Source: Chiloscyllium plagiosum
Taxonomy: Eukaryota
Direction: 5' to 3'
Assembly: GCF_004010195.1 (NCBI RefSeq)
Contig: NC_057752.1
Span: forward strand, 5,521,754 to 5,585,753
Length of the DNA: 64,000 bases
The notes beneath the pieces are model-generated. The model did no database searches. It saw nothing but the letters and a program-made list of their open reading frames with translations, and was not told where the DNA came from. Positions 27,601 through 42,600 of the stretch are shown piece after piece. The position numbers and the translations under genes are program-made. How positions within the stretch are numbered: position 1 is the first letter of the stretch; each line of letters begins with the position of its first letter.

Positions 27601-30600
27601 CCTAACATTTCTGTACTTATTGGTTAGTACCTTTAACATCTTGCCCTGAAGTCATAGTTTGGCGTGAAATAGTGCTCAAGGTATTAGGAATGTTGTACAG
27701 TCTTCTTTCAAACCCGAGAATCCAAATTTTTGAGCTTACCCCTCATAATGTAGTGCTCCAATGACAGGAGTCAGCTTCATGGTCCTACTGTTCACTGTTT
27801 CCAGGCTTGCAAAATTGAGCAGCAGATTCAAGGTAAAGCACAATGCAGCGTCAACTTTATGGCCTCAGCCCAGTAGTTGGCAAGATTTCTTTTACTTGAA
27901 AAGCCTTTTTGTGAAAAAAAAAGAAATTGCCTAAAATAAAAACAATTGGACGATGCAAGACAAGAACATAAGTATTGGAGTAAAGACATAAATATGCCTT
28001 GAGAGGGATTTTTTTGTTTCTAGAATGCAAAGAAATTTATGCACTTATCTGATGTGGTCAAAAGGTCATTTGGTTTAACTTTTGTCTGATGTTTGACAAT
28101 GATAGCAGCAGTTACCACCAAATTTTGTAAAGTTTTAATCTTTGTAAATGGGTTGGACAGAAATCCTGTTTTTACATCCCAGGAATTTTCCTATCTCTAG
28201 AATATCCATGTTTAGGTTTTGTGCAATGTCCATAACCACGGTGTGGCCATACCACTGGGGCAGGTTTATTCACAGCCAAAACAGTGTTGTTTCATTAAAA
28301 TAATCATGTAACTGTAAAATGTAGTATTGTGATTAGCTGCTTAACCCTGCAATAAAGCATGGCTGTTATTTAGCATGTGAGAGAAACTCCCCTGTATGTC
28401 ATATTAAACTTGTCATTTGTATAACTTCGTCAATTCGTATTAAATAATTGCCAATGTTCAATTCTTTAACATCTGTGAATTGAATTGTTACATAAACTGT
28501 CAAAAATTGGAGAACACAGGGTTCTCAGTAGTTTGAACCTTAAATTTATCTTTTTAAGACCACAATTACCATACATATTCCAAATCCTGACAATAGTATT
28601 TTGAAGCCTGACCACTGAGGGACTGTGCTTTTGATCAGGCAATTAGTCATTCAAAGGACATTTATATGGCCATCTAGTTTTTGAATTTGCATTTTCTGGA
28701 CTTAGTCTTTTCAATCTTTTCATGTTATGGAGTTATGCAGTGTTCAAACAGACCCTTTGGTCCAACCAGTCTGTGCCAGCCAGGTTTCCCAAACTAAACT
28801 AGTCCCACCTGTTTGCATTTAGCCCATATCCCTCTAAACCTTTCCTATTCGTGTACTTACAACATTTAAAAGGAATTTGGATAATTGAACCTGCATCTAC
28901 AATTTCTCCTGCCAGTTCCTTCTACACACTAACCACTAAGAAAAAAAAAGTTGCCAGTCATGTCCTTTTCCAAATTTTTCTCCTCTGACCTTAAAAATAT
29001 GCCCCCTAGTTTTGAATTCCTTCTCCTCTCTCTCTCTCCCCCAGTGTGTTTGTTGACTTGGATCCCATTTACCACCCTTCCAGCAACATCCTGGTAAATC
29101 TTTTCTTAACCTTCTTCAGTTTAATAATATCCTTCCTGGATGTAGGTTTGCTTGCTGAACTGGAAGGTTAATTTTTAGACGTTTCGTCACCATACTGTGT
29201 AACATCAGTGAGCCTCCAGATGAAGCACTGGTGGTAAGGCCCGCTTTCTATTTATGTGTTTAGATTTCCTTGGGTTGGTAATGTCATTTTCTATGGTGAT
29301 ATCATTTCCTGTTCTTTTTCTCAGGGGGTGGTAAATGGGATCGAAGTCAGTGTGTTTGTTGACTTGGATCCCATTTACCACCCCCTGAGAAAAAGAACAG
29401 GAAATGACATCACCAACCCAAAGAAACCTAAACACATAAATAGAGAGCAGGGCATTGCCACCAGCGCTTCATCCGGAGGCTCACTGATGATGTTACCCCT
29501 TACCAAGGCTTTTGATTTGCCGCTATAGTATGGCATTGTGCTTGCTTTTTGTTCATTATTCTTGACTGGTTGCAGTCTGCACTAAGACTTCTACCATTCC
29601 CCATTTACTTTTCGTCTCTTTTCTGTCTAGTTCACAATGATTTTTATGGCATGTTTTCCATCTGCTGCGCATCATCTTGCACTTGTATCTGTATTGAATT
29701 TCTTTTTTCACAGTTCTGCACACAAGCTCATGTTGTCTCTGGATCTCCTTGGCTCTTTTGTCAGACTCAAATCTCCCACCCTTGAATTGGTATCATCTGT
29801 GTTCCTAAATTCTAGTCACTTTTGCAGATCAGAAACAAAAAGTTCCAGCACCAATCCCTGGGATGCATCACTCAGTACATTTCCACAGCCCGACCTGGTG
29901 TTGCTTGTTTAAACAATAGACAATAGGTGCAGGAGTAGGCCATTCTGCCCTTCAAGCCTGCACCTCCATTCAATATGATCATGGCTGATCATCCTTAATC
30001 AGTATCCTATTCCTGCCTTATCTCCATAACCCTTGATTCCACAATCCCTGAGAGCTCTATCCAACTCTTTCTTAAACGAATCCAGAGACTGGGCCTCCAC
30101 TGCCCTCTGGGGCAGAGCATTCCACACAGCCACCACTCTCTGGGTGAAGAAGTTTCTCCTCATCTCTGTCCTAAATGGTCTACATCGTATTTTTAAGCTG
30201 TGTCCTCTGGTTCGGCACTCACCCATCAGCAGAAACATGTTTCCTGCCTCCAGAGTGTCCAATCCTTTAATATGTCTCAATCATATCCCCTCTCAGTCTT
30301 CTAAACTCAAGGGTATACAAGCCCAGTCTTTCAGTGTAGGGTAATCCCGCCATTCCAGGAATTGACCTCGTGAACCTCCGCTGCACTCCCTCAATAGCCA
30401 GAATGTCTTTCCTCAAATTTGGAGACCAGAACTGCACACAGTACTACCTTGTGTTTGTGAAGCACTTTTTCTCTTGGAATTTCTGGAAGTGTTGGTATAC
30501 TGTATAGGATGCTGATGCTTTTTGATTTCATTGGCTACATAAATGTATGCCAAGAAGCCTTGGGTGGCAAGTAAAGTCTATGTCCATGTTCCCATTAATT

Positions 30601-33600
30601 TCCATACACTTCACACTAACATTTTTCTGGTTTACAATTGATCTGTTAATAATGTAGGAACACTAAAGACAGTACTTTCTAAGCCTCAGTAATCTCAAAA
30701 TTCAAATGGGAAAACTGGAAGCAATTAATCAGTGCAAATTGCATTGAGCTGTCTGGGAGTATGGGAGCACCTAGGCTCTGGGACTTGTTTCCTGATCACA
30801 TCGATACTAGATCACAGGACTTTTAAATTTTCAGTTGGAATGTCACTCCCTTAACAGTTGGACAGACTAGATCAGCCCCTTCTTAAAACCGAAGTGATGT
30901 TAAGGTTTGCTCCCAATCAGTTCCATTATGTTACTTGTTATTGATGTTGGACTGCAGCTCTATTGTTGCCTGAGCTTGTTCCATTGCCTGCTTTAAACGT
31001 AACTGAGGTGAGTTGATTTCATATCCAGTGGTCCCATTCCTATGTCTTTTATAATGACTGACCGCCCATTGTAGATTTCATTCCTGACCTGTTCATGAGA
31101 ATTTATTGTACCCTCTTAAGCCCCTCTTGAGCAATCATATAAGTAACAAAGTAATCTTTCATTGCCATGGAATTGTACAAGTCGAGTACTAGTTTGCAAT
31201 ATTAGTTTAATCAGCTTAGTTGGTTCAAATCCCTCACTGGAATAACTTTTTTTTTCCCACCCTTACCTTTTCTCTCAGCATTCTCTCCTGTTTATTTTGA
31301 CCCAGCAGTTTATAACCAATCCTGAGAAATATCCTTGTTCTATTTGCACCCTATACTTTCGGAATGCTGAATACATGTCGGTGAGTCTGGTTCTGAGAGC
31401 TCCCCCACCTTCGCACCATTAAGCATTAACCATACTTCAAAGATATTACTCCACTAAAACTCCCAACTGCCACAACAGCTTCAGGCTCCAATACTTTTAA
31501 TTTTGTATGTTTTTAATGTTTATACACATATAAACCATAATCAGATAAGAGCATCTTTCACAGCATTCCTCCTTTATTTAATTGATTTTTAAAATGTTCT
31601 TATTTGGCCTAGTTTCTTTGTCCTTCCTTGCCATTTAAGTTCTTGTCCACTAACCTGTATGTTCTCTTTGTAAGAACATTGATACCAGAATGGCAAGTCC
31701 TACCTCATTAATATTCCGTCAAGGGAATCTAAAACTGTCAATTCTCCACTTTTCTCTGGGCTGCACATCGAAATCTGTTCTGGTTTTACTGGCCCAGCAC
31801 ATTACAGTAAGAACAGCCCTGAAAGAGAGGTCGCAGGTTTATTCTCCAGTTGCTTGGAAGTGTCTCGCAATTAATTAATTGCGTTTAAAATGCAATCATG
31901 TGCGCCAATGCATGCAAATTTTATGCACAGCAATTTTCGCAAGCAGCAAATGAAGTGTCTGATCAGTTTGCTGTCTGTTATCTGTGGTGGGGTTGGTGGA
32001 GGGTGCAATGTTGATCAGGGTGCTACAAAAGCTCTCTATTAAATAGGTCCTGGGATCATTTATGTTCACCTAACTGGGTAGGTAGGACCTCTGTTCAATG
32101 TCTTATTCAAAAGGTATCACCTCTGCCAATGTAATAGTCTGTCAGACCTGCTATGGGAGTATTTGCTTGACCCACAACCTTCTGACAAAAGCCAAAGTTA
32201 TCCACCTGCGTCAAGCTGAGAGCCCTCAAAGTTACCACGTAGCTTGGAATATATTGTAACTCCTCACATTGTTTTGCAGGACTTTCTTGTTCTTTCTTGT
32301 CATTAGGTTTGTGAGCTGCAGCTTCTGGTTCTTTTCCTCCCTTTTAAAAAAAGTTCCTTGACCTGTATGTTGTCCCTGTCTGGGTGGTGTTGATCCTACA
32401 CTGCATTCAGGACTGCTGGTCAGAGATGGAAAAGAGACAGACTATATTCCTCATCCTGGGACACCTGACTCCAATGGTTTTCATGGATGTGGCATTCCTT
32501 TCCCTACCGATAATCTCTTGCTTCACTGTGGTGTGATGATACAAATGATTATCGCTCCCTCTAGCCTGTACTTGTCCTCAGCTTTTTTATGTTAAAACAA
32601 ACTGTACAGCTCTTGGACCATCCCACACTGCTGGTGTTTTCTTGTTCTGAATTCTCCAGTCAGCCTGCTTCTGCAAGCAGTCACCTCAGATCATTGCTTC
32701 TGTCAGCAAGGTGACCGTTTTGTGGAATGTATCTTCCAGGGGCCTATCTTCTTCAAGTATGTATGGAGTGTAGTCATCTGGTCATTGCAGTAAACACTTC
32801 ACTGTGTTCACAAAGCAGAGCCCTTTTTAACTTTGTTTTATATTGCCAAATGCTATTCAAATACAGAAAATTCCGAGTCATGATGAGAGACGGACCAAAG
32901 CTCGCTAAAATGCCTTGAGTTTAGAAACTCAACAGAAGTTGATTCGATCAATAGGCAAGTGAAGTTAGGTGGGATGGTAATGACCAATCAGGCAACCAAA
33001 GAACTCCTTAAAGTTCTCGACAAAACTTGCAAGCGGGCATTAAAAATACAGTTCCAATAAATACAAGATATGCTGAGAGTGAGAGATATTATAAAAACAG
33101 TTCACCTTGCTGAGGGAAGAGGCTGAGAGAGATCTGGATGCGGGCCATGTTCAGTCATTGCAAAGCAGTAATGAACATATAAAGCTGAGCTAAATTGGCG
33201 AATCAGTCAAATACAGATCTGGCATTACCTGCGGCACTTTGTTACAGTTTGTGATTAGGCTGCAGTCTTCAAGCTCATTTCACCAAGGGACAAACCTGGG
33301 AAGCATTGGGAACAGGGACATTACTGGTGTTGGAGAACTGAATTACTGTGTGAGCATAGAAAATCCTGGGTTTCTCATTGAAAGGAGGATAATGAGAGGA
33401 ATAAAGGTGTATGTATTATTTAAAATTATTCTGACTGGGATACAAGAAGAAATACAAAGGCAGCATGGTGGCTCAGTGCTTAGCACTGCTGCCTCACAGC
33501 ACCAGGGGCTCAATTCCAGCCTTGGGCGACTGTGTCGAGTTTGCGCATTCTCCGCATGTCTGTGTGGGTTTCCTCCCACAGTCCGAAGATGTGCAGGTTA

Positions 33601-36600
33601 GGGCGAATTGGCCATAGTGTTCAGGGCTGTGTAGGTTAGAGGAAATGACAGTAATAGGTAAGGGAAATGGGCCTGAGTCTGACACTCTTCGGAGGGTCGG
33701 TGTAGACCTTTTGGGCCACAAAAGGTTTCCACAATGTAGGAATTCTACGGAAAAAAGAATGGGTTTTAAGGAAACAAGTTCAGGGCTGAGGTCAGGAAGC
33801 ACTTATTGATGAAGTGAAAATACCAGAGGTAAAAACAGGAGTCATTCAAAAGGTACTTAGATGCTGTGGAAGTTTCTATGGAAAGTATAGCTGGATGGGC
33901 CAAATGACTTTCCTCACTTGGCGATTCTATCATCAGACTTGGAACTTGCTGAAAGGAACCAGAAATAATGGAAAATGCTGAAGATACACTTGTAGCTGTA
34001 AAAAATTAACTTAACAATTAATACTATGAAGTTCCCATTTTAAAATTAGCTACACACGGCATAAAATTTGCAACAGAAACTGTTTAATAATTTAAATGAA
34101 GAAAATGGTAAACTTTTGAAAATGAAAGTTTTATTTACAGTAAACTGTGTTGTAATAGCCACCCAGTGTACATTTTTGGGTGAAGACCATTCTGTGAGTC
34201 AGCACTTATATTTTATATCCAAACCACCTTCTACCTGCTAATATCTGTACAAACATATGTTAGGAGCATGAGTATGCCATTCGGCCCTCTAGCCTGTTCC
34301 ACCATTCAATAAGATCACAGCTGGTGAGATTGTGGCCTCAAATTTTTATGCCTATCTACCTCCAATAACCTTTGATTTTCTTATTAATCAATAATCGATC
34401 TACTTCAACCTTAAAATTATTCAATGAGCCTACCTCCTCCTCTGGGACAGAAATTCAAAGACCCACAATCAAAGTCAAGCTCCTAGTGTAATGCCAGAAT
34501 TTTTCTGGTTCATATGTCAAATTTTACTCGCTTTTTAAACCTCAGTACTTATTTCTTCCCAGCTGCACGCTGAACAAAGTCAAAATTCTATCAATCAAAT
34601 GAAAGGAAGATCTATACTAATTCATTCAACTTGCTTCTGTGACCACAGTTAATGACTTATTTCACTGCCTTAAGATATGTTTTCTGTGCTATCATGGTGT
34701 CACTGCAAGTTGTGAATCCAAATAGCCTTTCTTCATACTTTCTGACCCATTCTATACAATAGCCTTAGTGTAAATAGAGATGGTGATGGCTAGTTTTTTT
34801 CTAAAAAAACAGGTACAGTATTTACTTTTAACACTTTTTTTTAGAAAAAGAAATTTCTGGTTCTACTGAGAAGGCTAGGTGTTAAATTACAAGCAAGTCC
34901 AAGTCTGCTGTCTCTCATTGTCTATATGTGGTAATCAGTCGTCCAAGCCCATTGGCAGAAATCTAGAAGCAGCTAATCTTTTCACTCTCTGAGCCAGAGA
35001 ATCCATTGCATAAAGGCAGATACTCTAAAAATATTCCCAGTCAAAGTGGGGAAAAATTAAGTTTGTGATACTTTTTAAAAAGTGTTTTTTTTAAATGTAA
35101 TTTGTTGCAGGAGATTTTGTCTATTATAACTGTTTATGCCATGATTCCTGAAATATTTCCTGGTTGAGATTCCAGCCAGTTCTACATATTTGACTGAAAT
35201 AATGTCACCTGAAGGAGCTGGAATTGCTAACACTCTTTCTTTAATTGCAGTGAACGACTCCAACAATGAGGTCTACACTCGCTTTATGAAGTCGCACAGA
35301 TGCTATGATCTTGTTCCCACCAGTTCCAAACTTGTGGTATTTGATACTTCCCTGCAGGTAATGTAGGGATGTGGAATTCTGCTACTATTGAACTATTGAG
35401 ACTATTCCAACTCCATAGAGCATATGTAAATCCTAAACTCAAAATGATAATAGATTATATGCAATGCCTTAAGGATATCTTTCTCATCACATTCTCCATT
35501 GTTTCCAAACACTTTGCCTGCAGGTTGTAAGTTTGCTCGCTGAGCTGGAAGGTTTGTTCTCAGATGTTTCGTCACCATGCTAGGTAGCATCAGTGAGCCT
35601 CCATTGAAGCATTCATGTACTGTCCCACTTTCTATTTGTGTGTCTTGGTCTGTTGTGGTGGGTAATATCACTTCCAGTTTGTTTTCTGAGAGGTTGGTAA
35701 ATGGGGTCCAATTCCATGTGTTTGTTGATGGAGTTCCAGTTTGAATGCCAGGCCTCTAGGAATTACGTCAGTGTTTTTGTTAGTTTGCCTGGAATTAATT
35801 ACTTTGAGGTAGGTAAACCACTTATGCCTAGAAAGAGATACCACTTACTGCAGGAAATGAACGATTAGTTACATTATTTTTGATAATGTTGAGCAGGATG
35901 GCAGGAAAATTCCCTGCTCTTTCATTGGATCCTGAAACCCACTTCAACCAGTGAGGCAGGTTAAGTGGACAGTGGCACCCTAGCAAGTGCTGTCTCAGCA
36001 CTGCATTGAAGCATCAGCTTAAATTAAAGGTATCAAGCTTTTGTTAGAGACATAACATGGTGCTTCTGGAGTGCATGTAAACGTTAAACCAATATCTTGA
36101 TTTCTATTCATATGCATTAAGTTGCTGATGTGATTAGATCTTGGCTGGATTGCCAGAATTTGGGAACTGCTTGTGCTATGGTTGCAGACTGGACGCTTAG
36201 AGTCCAAGTTATGCACTCAAATTCTTGAGTGCGACTTGAATCTGTGACTGAAAGTTGGGAGTGCTGTCTACTGAATGAAGCTGGAACAAGATATAACACT
36301 CATCAGTTATTGTTTAAAGCTCAAAATGTGCCTTAAAAAATGTCAAAGCAACTGAATACATTTGGTGCATGACTAGCTTGTCCCACAGATAGGTAAATAG
36401 CTAGGAGGATCAGTTTATCTCCTTTAGTTAGAAGCATCTCTCCAAATCAGATTTGAGGTAGACAAAGCTATAGAAATTGGTTTCTCGATTTAGCTGAGTA
36501 AATGGTTCAGTAAGTTCTGAAGGAGCTGAATTCGCATTTGATGACGTTCGAAGTGATGGGAAAATTTTAATTATTAAAGGCAATTTTCACATGATAGGCC

Positions 36601-39600
36601 TTTCATCCATACCTTCATTTTCTCCTTTATGAATATTAAATTCTTCAGTGAAACATCTTCATTTTATCTTTATGGCAAATAAAATTGGATTCAACTGGAG
36701 TGGGGAAGTAATAATTAACCTGGTAGTCTTGTGTAGGCATAAATGTTCACTGTTAATATTTGTCAAAAAACATGCTTGATTGTCTAACTGACTGCCTACT
36801 CTGAAAGCCATGGATTACAGTGTTGCTACAAAATTGCTTTTTTAACTAGTTGACGTTGTTGGAATGTCAATAGTTAGATTTCATCCAAATGGATTAACTA
36901 TTCATCACCATAATAGATCATACCAACTCTTTAAATAATCATTTTAATAATGTGGCATTCATAGTTTCTTTATGAATAGTACTGCACTCCAGAAGCCAGT
37001 GACTCTTGCTGGCCTCCTGTACATTGTCCTTTGTGGTCATTTGTCATTTATATTATGCCCCACATTTAGTGGGGAGAAGAGGAGAGATCACAGGCCAGTT
37101 CAATACTTCTGTTTTTGCCCAACATCTATACAATAATGCTTTGAGCAAGGGTTGCTGGTTAGAAGTTGGGCAAATGGTGGAAGCATCAATGAGGGATCAT
37201 TTTGCAGATTCAAGATTATGGAAAATGACCAGGATGGGCTTGAATTCAAACTGCTTAAAGTGGGGCAAGGCCAATTTTAATAAAACTGGGTATGGTTTGG
37301 CCAGAGTGGATGAGGAGCAGATACATTTAGGTAAATCTGTGTCAGAATAGTGGGATGCATTTAAGAAAGAAATAAGGAGAGTGCAATAAAGAAATTTGGC
37401 TAATTAGATCCAGAATTGGCTGAGGGACAGGAAGCAGAAGGTGATTTTGAGGATGTTTTTGTGATTGGAAGTCTGTGTTCAGTGGTGTCGCACAGGGATC
37501 AGTGTTATGGCCGTTGCAGTTTCTGGTTTATATAAATGATTCCTACTTGAATATAAGAGGGTTGGTCAGTAAGCTTACAAATTATAGCAAAAGTTAGTGA
37601 GGTGGAAAATAGTGATGAGGATAGCCATAGATTACAAGAGGATATCGACAAGCTAGTCAGATGGACTGATCAGTGGCAAATGAAATTCAATCTGGATCAT
37701 TGTGAGGTCACTTGGGCAGGACAGACAAGGTAAGGAAATACATGAACAATAGGACCCGGGGAAGCACTGAAGATCAGAGGGACCTTGTGCATGTCAACTG
37801 GTTCCGTAAGGTAGCCAGACAGGTAGATAAAGTACCTAAGGCATATGGGACACTTGCCTTTATTCACCAAGGCACAGAGTTTAAGAATAGGGAGATGCTG
37901 CTGGAGTTGTATAAAATGTTTTGGTTATGCTACACTGGACTATTGTGTACAGTTCTGGAATCCACACTATGGGAGGGATGTGATAGCACTGCAGAGGATA
38001 GGCGAAAGTGAGGACTGCAAATGCTGGAGATCAGAATCGAAGAATATGGTACTGGAAAAGCACAGCCGGTCAGGCAGCATCTGAGGAGCAGGAGAATCAA
38101 CGTTTCGGGCATATAAGCTCTTCATCGGGAATGAGGCTTGTGGGCCAAGGAGGCTGAGAGATAAATGGGAGGGGGGTGGGGTTGGGGGGGAAGGTAGCTG
38201 GAATGCAATAGGTAGATGAAGGTGGGGGTGAGTGATAGGTCAGAGAGGAGGGTGGAGCAGATAGGTAGGAAGGAAGATGGACTGGTAGAACTGTTCAAGA
38301 GGGCATTGCAGAATTGGAAGGTTGGAATTGGAGTAAGGTGAGGGGAGTGGAAATGGGGAAACTGGTAAAATCCACATTAATCCTGGGATCAATATTTAGA
38401 TGTGAACTTTAAAATGCCAACACATACAAGGCTATGAGTTGGTGTTAGAAAACGGGATTACAATAGTTAGGCTGTTTTTTGGCCCGCGCAGACTGTATGT
38501 ACCAAAGGGCCTTTTTCTCTGCTGTAGTCATCTGACTAAATCAGGAGGAAAAGCCTTACCTGGTTTTCTTTTTTTGATTAAAGAAACCCCTATCCTCCTG
38601 AGCATGTTGTGTTGAGTTGCATACTTGCAGGTGACTTCAGCTTATCCCGTTGGTTTGAGGTGTCAAACACAGAACCTACAAGGACTGCCAAGAAAGCCCA
38701 AAGTCACATTTTAAAACAAGAAATGTATTGCAGTCTCTCTCTTGAAAGTTTACTCGTAGGATGTAAACGTCTGATGTTATGATCCCAGCTGATGCTATTA
38801 CTGGATGATTCCGATCCCAAACTGCAATCTGGCTTGATAGTTTTTTTTGTAAATTTAATGTGGTTGTCCTTCATTGAAGTATATGCATGCAATGCTACCG
38901 ATTTGATTTTAATGCAATCATGCTTAAACTGTAGAGTCATAGAGAGGTACAGCTCAGAAACAGACCTTTCGGTCCAACTCATCCATGCTGACCAGATATC
39001 CTAAATTAATCTAGTCCCATTCGCCAGCATTTGGCCCATGTCCCTCTAAACCCTTCCTATTCATGTCCCCATCCAGATGCCTTTTAAACGCTGTAATTGT
39101 ACCAGCCTCCACCACTTCCTCTAGCAGCTCATTCCATACGCACACCACCCTCTGTGTGGAAAAAGTACTGCTTGCGTCCTTTTAAATCTGTCCTCTCTCA
39201 CCTTAAACCTATGCCCTCTAAGTTTTAGACTCCCCTACCCTGGGAAAAAGACTGTCTATTCACCCTATCTGTATCCCTCATAATTTTATAAACCTCTGTA
39301 AGGCTACCCTTCAGCCTCTGACACTCCAGGGAAAGAAGCCCCAGCTTTCCGGTTCCACTCTGGTTTCTCATGAAACGTTTCTGAACTGGAATTTTCAAAC
39401 TGAAACCCTTACATTGAGGTAACCTATTTCCAAACTTTTCTCCACTAATTCCTTTCTCCAGCCAGAACTGTTTTGGAATCTCACCCCAGCAGTCCTTTTG
39501 TGAACAGAAAACTGAAAGCTTTCCAAGCTGGGTTTTCCCAAAGCAGAAATCAAGTCTTGATTCTCCTAGATCAAAAGCAAGCTGATGCCTTTAATATCTC

Positions 39601-42600
39601 TGATTGTAAACCTCTCAGTGCAAATGTATTATCAACCCAGGAAGGTCTCAGTTACCTGCTCTTTGACACAAAGTGGTTTAAAATCAGTGCTCCAGGAAGA
39701 CTGACAAGCTAATTATTAAATCCTTTCATACACATATAACAAATTTCATATACCACGATTTCAAAATCTAAACTCTAAAATAATTTCTATAAATCTCACA
39801 CCCTGAATCTCTCAAGCTTATGTATAATTGTCCATCAGATGTGCATTTCAGAAGATGGCTCATTTCAGCATTGTGCGGAGACTCCTATTCATGATGATTA
39901 ATGTGGGAAAAATATGGGGATGCTTCAAGTATGAGCCCCAAAAAGATGTTGTAGGCAGTTCAGCTATGATGGGGGTCTCTTTTCAACTTTCAGTTCTCTC
40001 CTCGTTTAAATTGGAGCGTTTACCTTTGTATGGCACACTAAGTCAAAATGTGAAGTGTAGAATTTGTCCCAGAAATGAAGAAGTTTGACTCTTGAATTAA
40101 AAATTTGCCAACTTAGTGAATTTGATGCTCATGTTAAGCCTGAGAGTCCTAGAGATGTACAGCATGGAAACAGACCCTTCGGTCAGACCCGTCCACGCCG
40201 ACCAGATATCCCAACCCAATCTATCTCACCTGCCAGCACCCAGCCCATATCCCTCCAAACCCTTCCTATTCATATACCCATCCAAATGCCTCTTAAATGT
40301 TGCAATTGTACCAGCCTCCACCACATCCTCTGACAGCTCATTCCATACACATACCACCCTCTGCGTGAAAAAGTTGCCCCTTAGGTCNNNNNNNNNNNNN
40401 NNNNNNNNNNNNNNNNNNNNNNNNNNNNNNNNNNNNNNNNNNNNNNNNNNNNNNNNNNNNNNNNNNNNNNNATCTTTTCTGAACCCTTTCAAGTTTCACA
40501 ACATCTTTCCGATAGGAAGGAGACCAGAATTGCACACAATATTCCAACAGTGGCCTGACCAATGTCCTGTACAGCCGCAACATGACCTCCCAATCCTGTA
40601 CTCAATACTCTGACCAATTAAAGAAAGCATACCAAATGCCTCCTTCATTATCCTATCTACCTGCGACTGCACTTTCAAGGAGCTATGAACCTGCACTCCA
40701 AGGTGTCTTTGTTCAGCAACACTCCCTAGGACCTTACCATTAAGTGTATAAGCCCTGCTAAGATTTGCCTTCCCAAGATGCAGCGCCTCCCATTTATTGA
40801 ATTAAACTCCATCTGCCACTTCTCAGTCCTTTGGCCCATCTGATCAAGATCCTGTTGTAATTTGAGTTAACCTTCTTGGCTGTCCACTACACCTCCAATT
40901 TTGGTGTAATCTGCAAACTTACTAACTTATGCTCACATCTAAATTATTTATGTAAATGACAAAAAATAGAGGACCCAGCACCGATCCTTGTGGCACTCCA
41001 CTGATCACAGGCCTCCAGTCTGGAAAAACAACCCTCCACCACCACCCTCTGTCTTCTACCTTTGAGCCAGTTCTCTATCTAAATGGCTAGTTCTCCCTGT
41101 ATTCCATGAGATCTAACCTTGCTAATCAGTCTCCCATGGGGAACCTTGTCGAATGCCTTACTGAAGTCCATATAGATCACATCTACCACTCTGCTCTCAT
41201 CAGTCCTCTTTGTTACTTCCTCAAAAAACTCAATCAAGTTTGTGAGACATGATTTCCCACGCACAAAGCCATGTTGACTATCCATAATCAGTCCTTACCT
41301 TTCCAAATGTACACCCTGTCCCTCAGGATTCTCTCCAATACCTTGCCCACCACCGAGGTCAGGCTCACTGGTCTATAGTTCCCTGGCTTGTCCTTACCAC
41401 CCTTCTTAAACAGTGGCACCACATTAGCCAACCTCCAGTCTTCTGGCACTTCACCTGTGACTATCGGTGATACAAATATCTCAGCAAGAGGCCCAGCAAT
41501 CACTTTTCTGGCTTTCCACAGAGTTCTACGGTACACCTGATTAGGTCCTGTGGATTTATCCACTTTTATGCATTTCAAGACATCCAGCACTTCCTCCTCT
41601 GTAATATGGACATTTTTCAAGATGTCACCATCGATTTCCCTACATTCTATATCTGCCATATCCTTTTCCACAGCAAATAGTGATGCAAAATACTTGTTTA
41701 GTATCTCCCCCATTTTCTGCGGCTCCACACAAAGGCCTCCTTGCTGATCTTTGAGGGGCCCTATTGTCTTCCTAGTTACCATTTTGTCCTTAATATATTT
41801 GTAAAAACCCTTTGGATTCTCCTTAATTCTATTTGTGGATTCTCCTTAATTCTATTTGCCAAAGCTATCTCATGTGCCCGTTTTGCCCTCCTGATTTCCC
41901 GCTTAAGTATACTCCTACTTTCTTTATACTCTTCTAATTAGGTTTTGGCTTTGGGGCAGATGAGAGCTCCCTGTGCACTAACAGCATGTTCTAACCTCAA
42001 CATCCAATGTTTGAGCATCATTTTGCACTTCATTAATGTGGCATTTCAACTTCTCCAAGTAGGAACGCTTAAGATTATCTTGAATGAAAGCAATTGTTAA
42101 AGGAAACTGAGCACAAAATGACTCCATAGGAATTGCATCTGTGTGTACACTGCAATGGTACTGCCTGAACAGTTCCCAGGATTATTTTCTGGTTCTCGTA
42201 TACCAAAATGGATATTTATGGTATTTATTAAATGACTAAACAGGGTATTCATTTGCTTATTTTAAGCCAGTAAGGCAGAGCCATTCCCTATCAAACTACA
42301 TTTGTCCACAGGTCTATAGGGTGAAATAATCTAGGCTAAATTTAAACACTGTGGGTTCTTTTCAAAAGGATTGAGTTCTTGGTGCCTGTGCAACACCCCA
42401 GAATTGTAATCTTCAGAGCTATCAAAAATTTCAGTCCTTACTTACTTTCTCTTCTCATGCAGGTGAAGAAGGCTTTCTTTGCTCTGGTTTCAAATGGTGT
42501 CCGTGCTGCCCCACTCTGGGATAGCAAAACACAAAGCTTTGTGGGTAAGTTCTATTGATCCTGCAGAGCATTTTTTCCCAATTAATTTTAAGGAGGCTTT

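Noticed and set aside
41813..41858. 23-bp tandem duplication (similar small duplications at 16441-16487 and 51884-51911)
   Set aside because: Two-copy slippage events in or beside dead repeats. Not a CRISPR array or a functional repeat.
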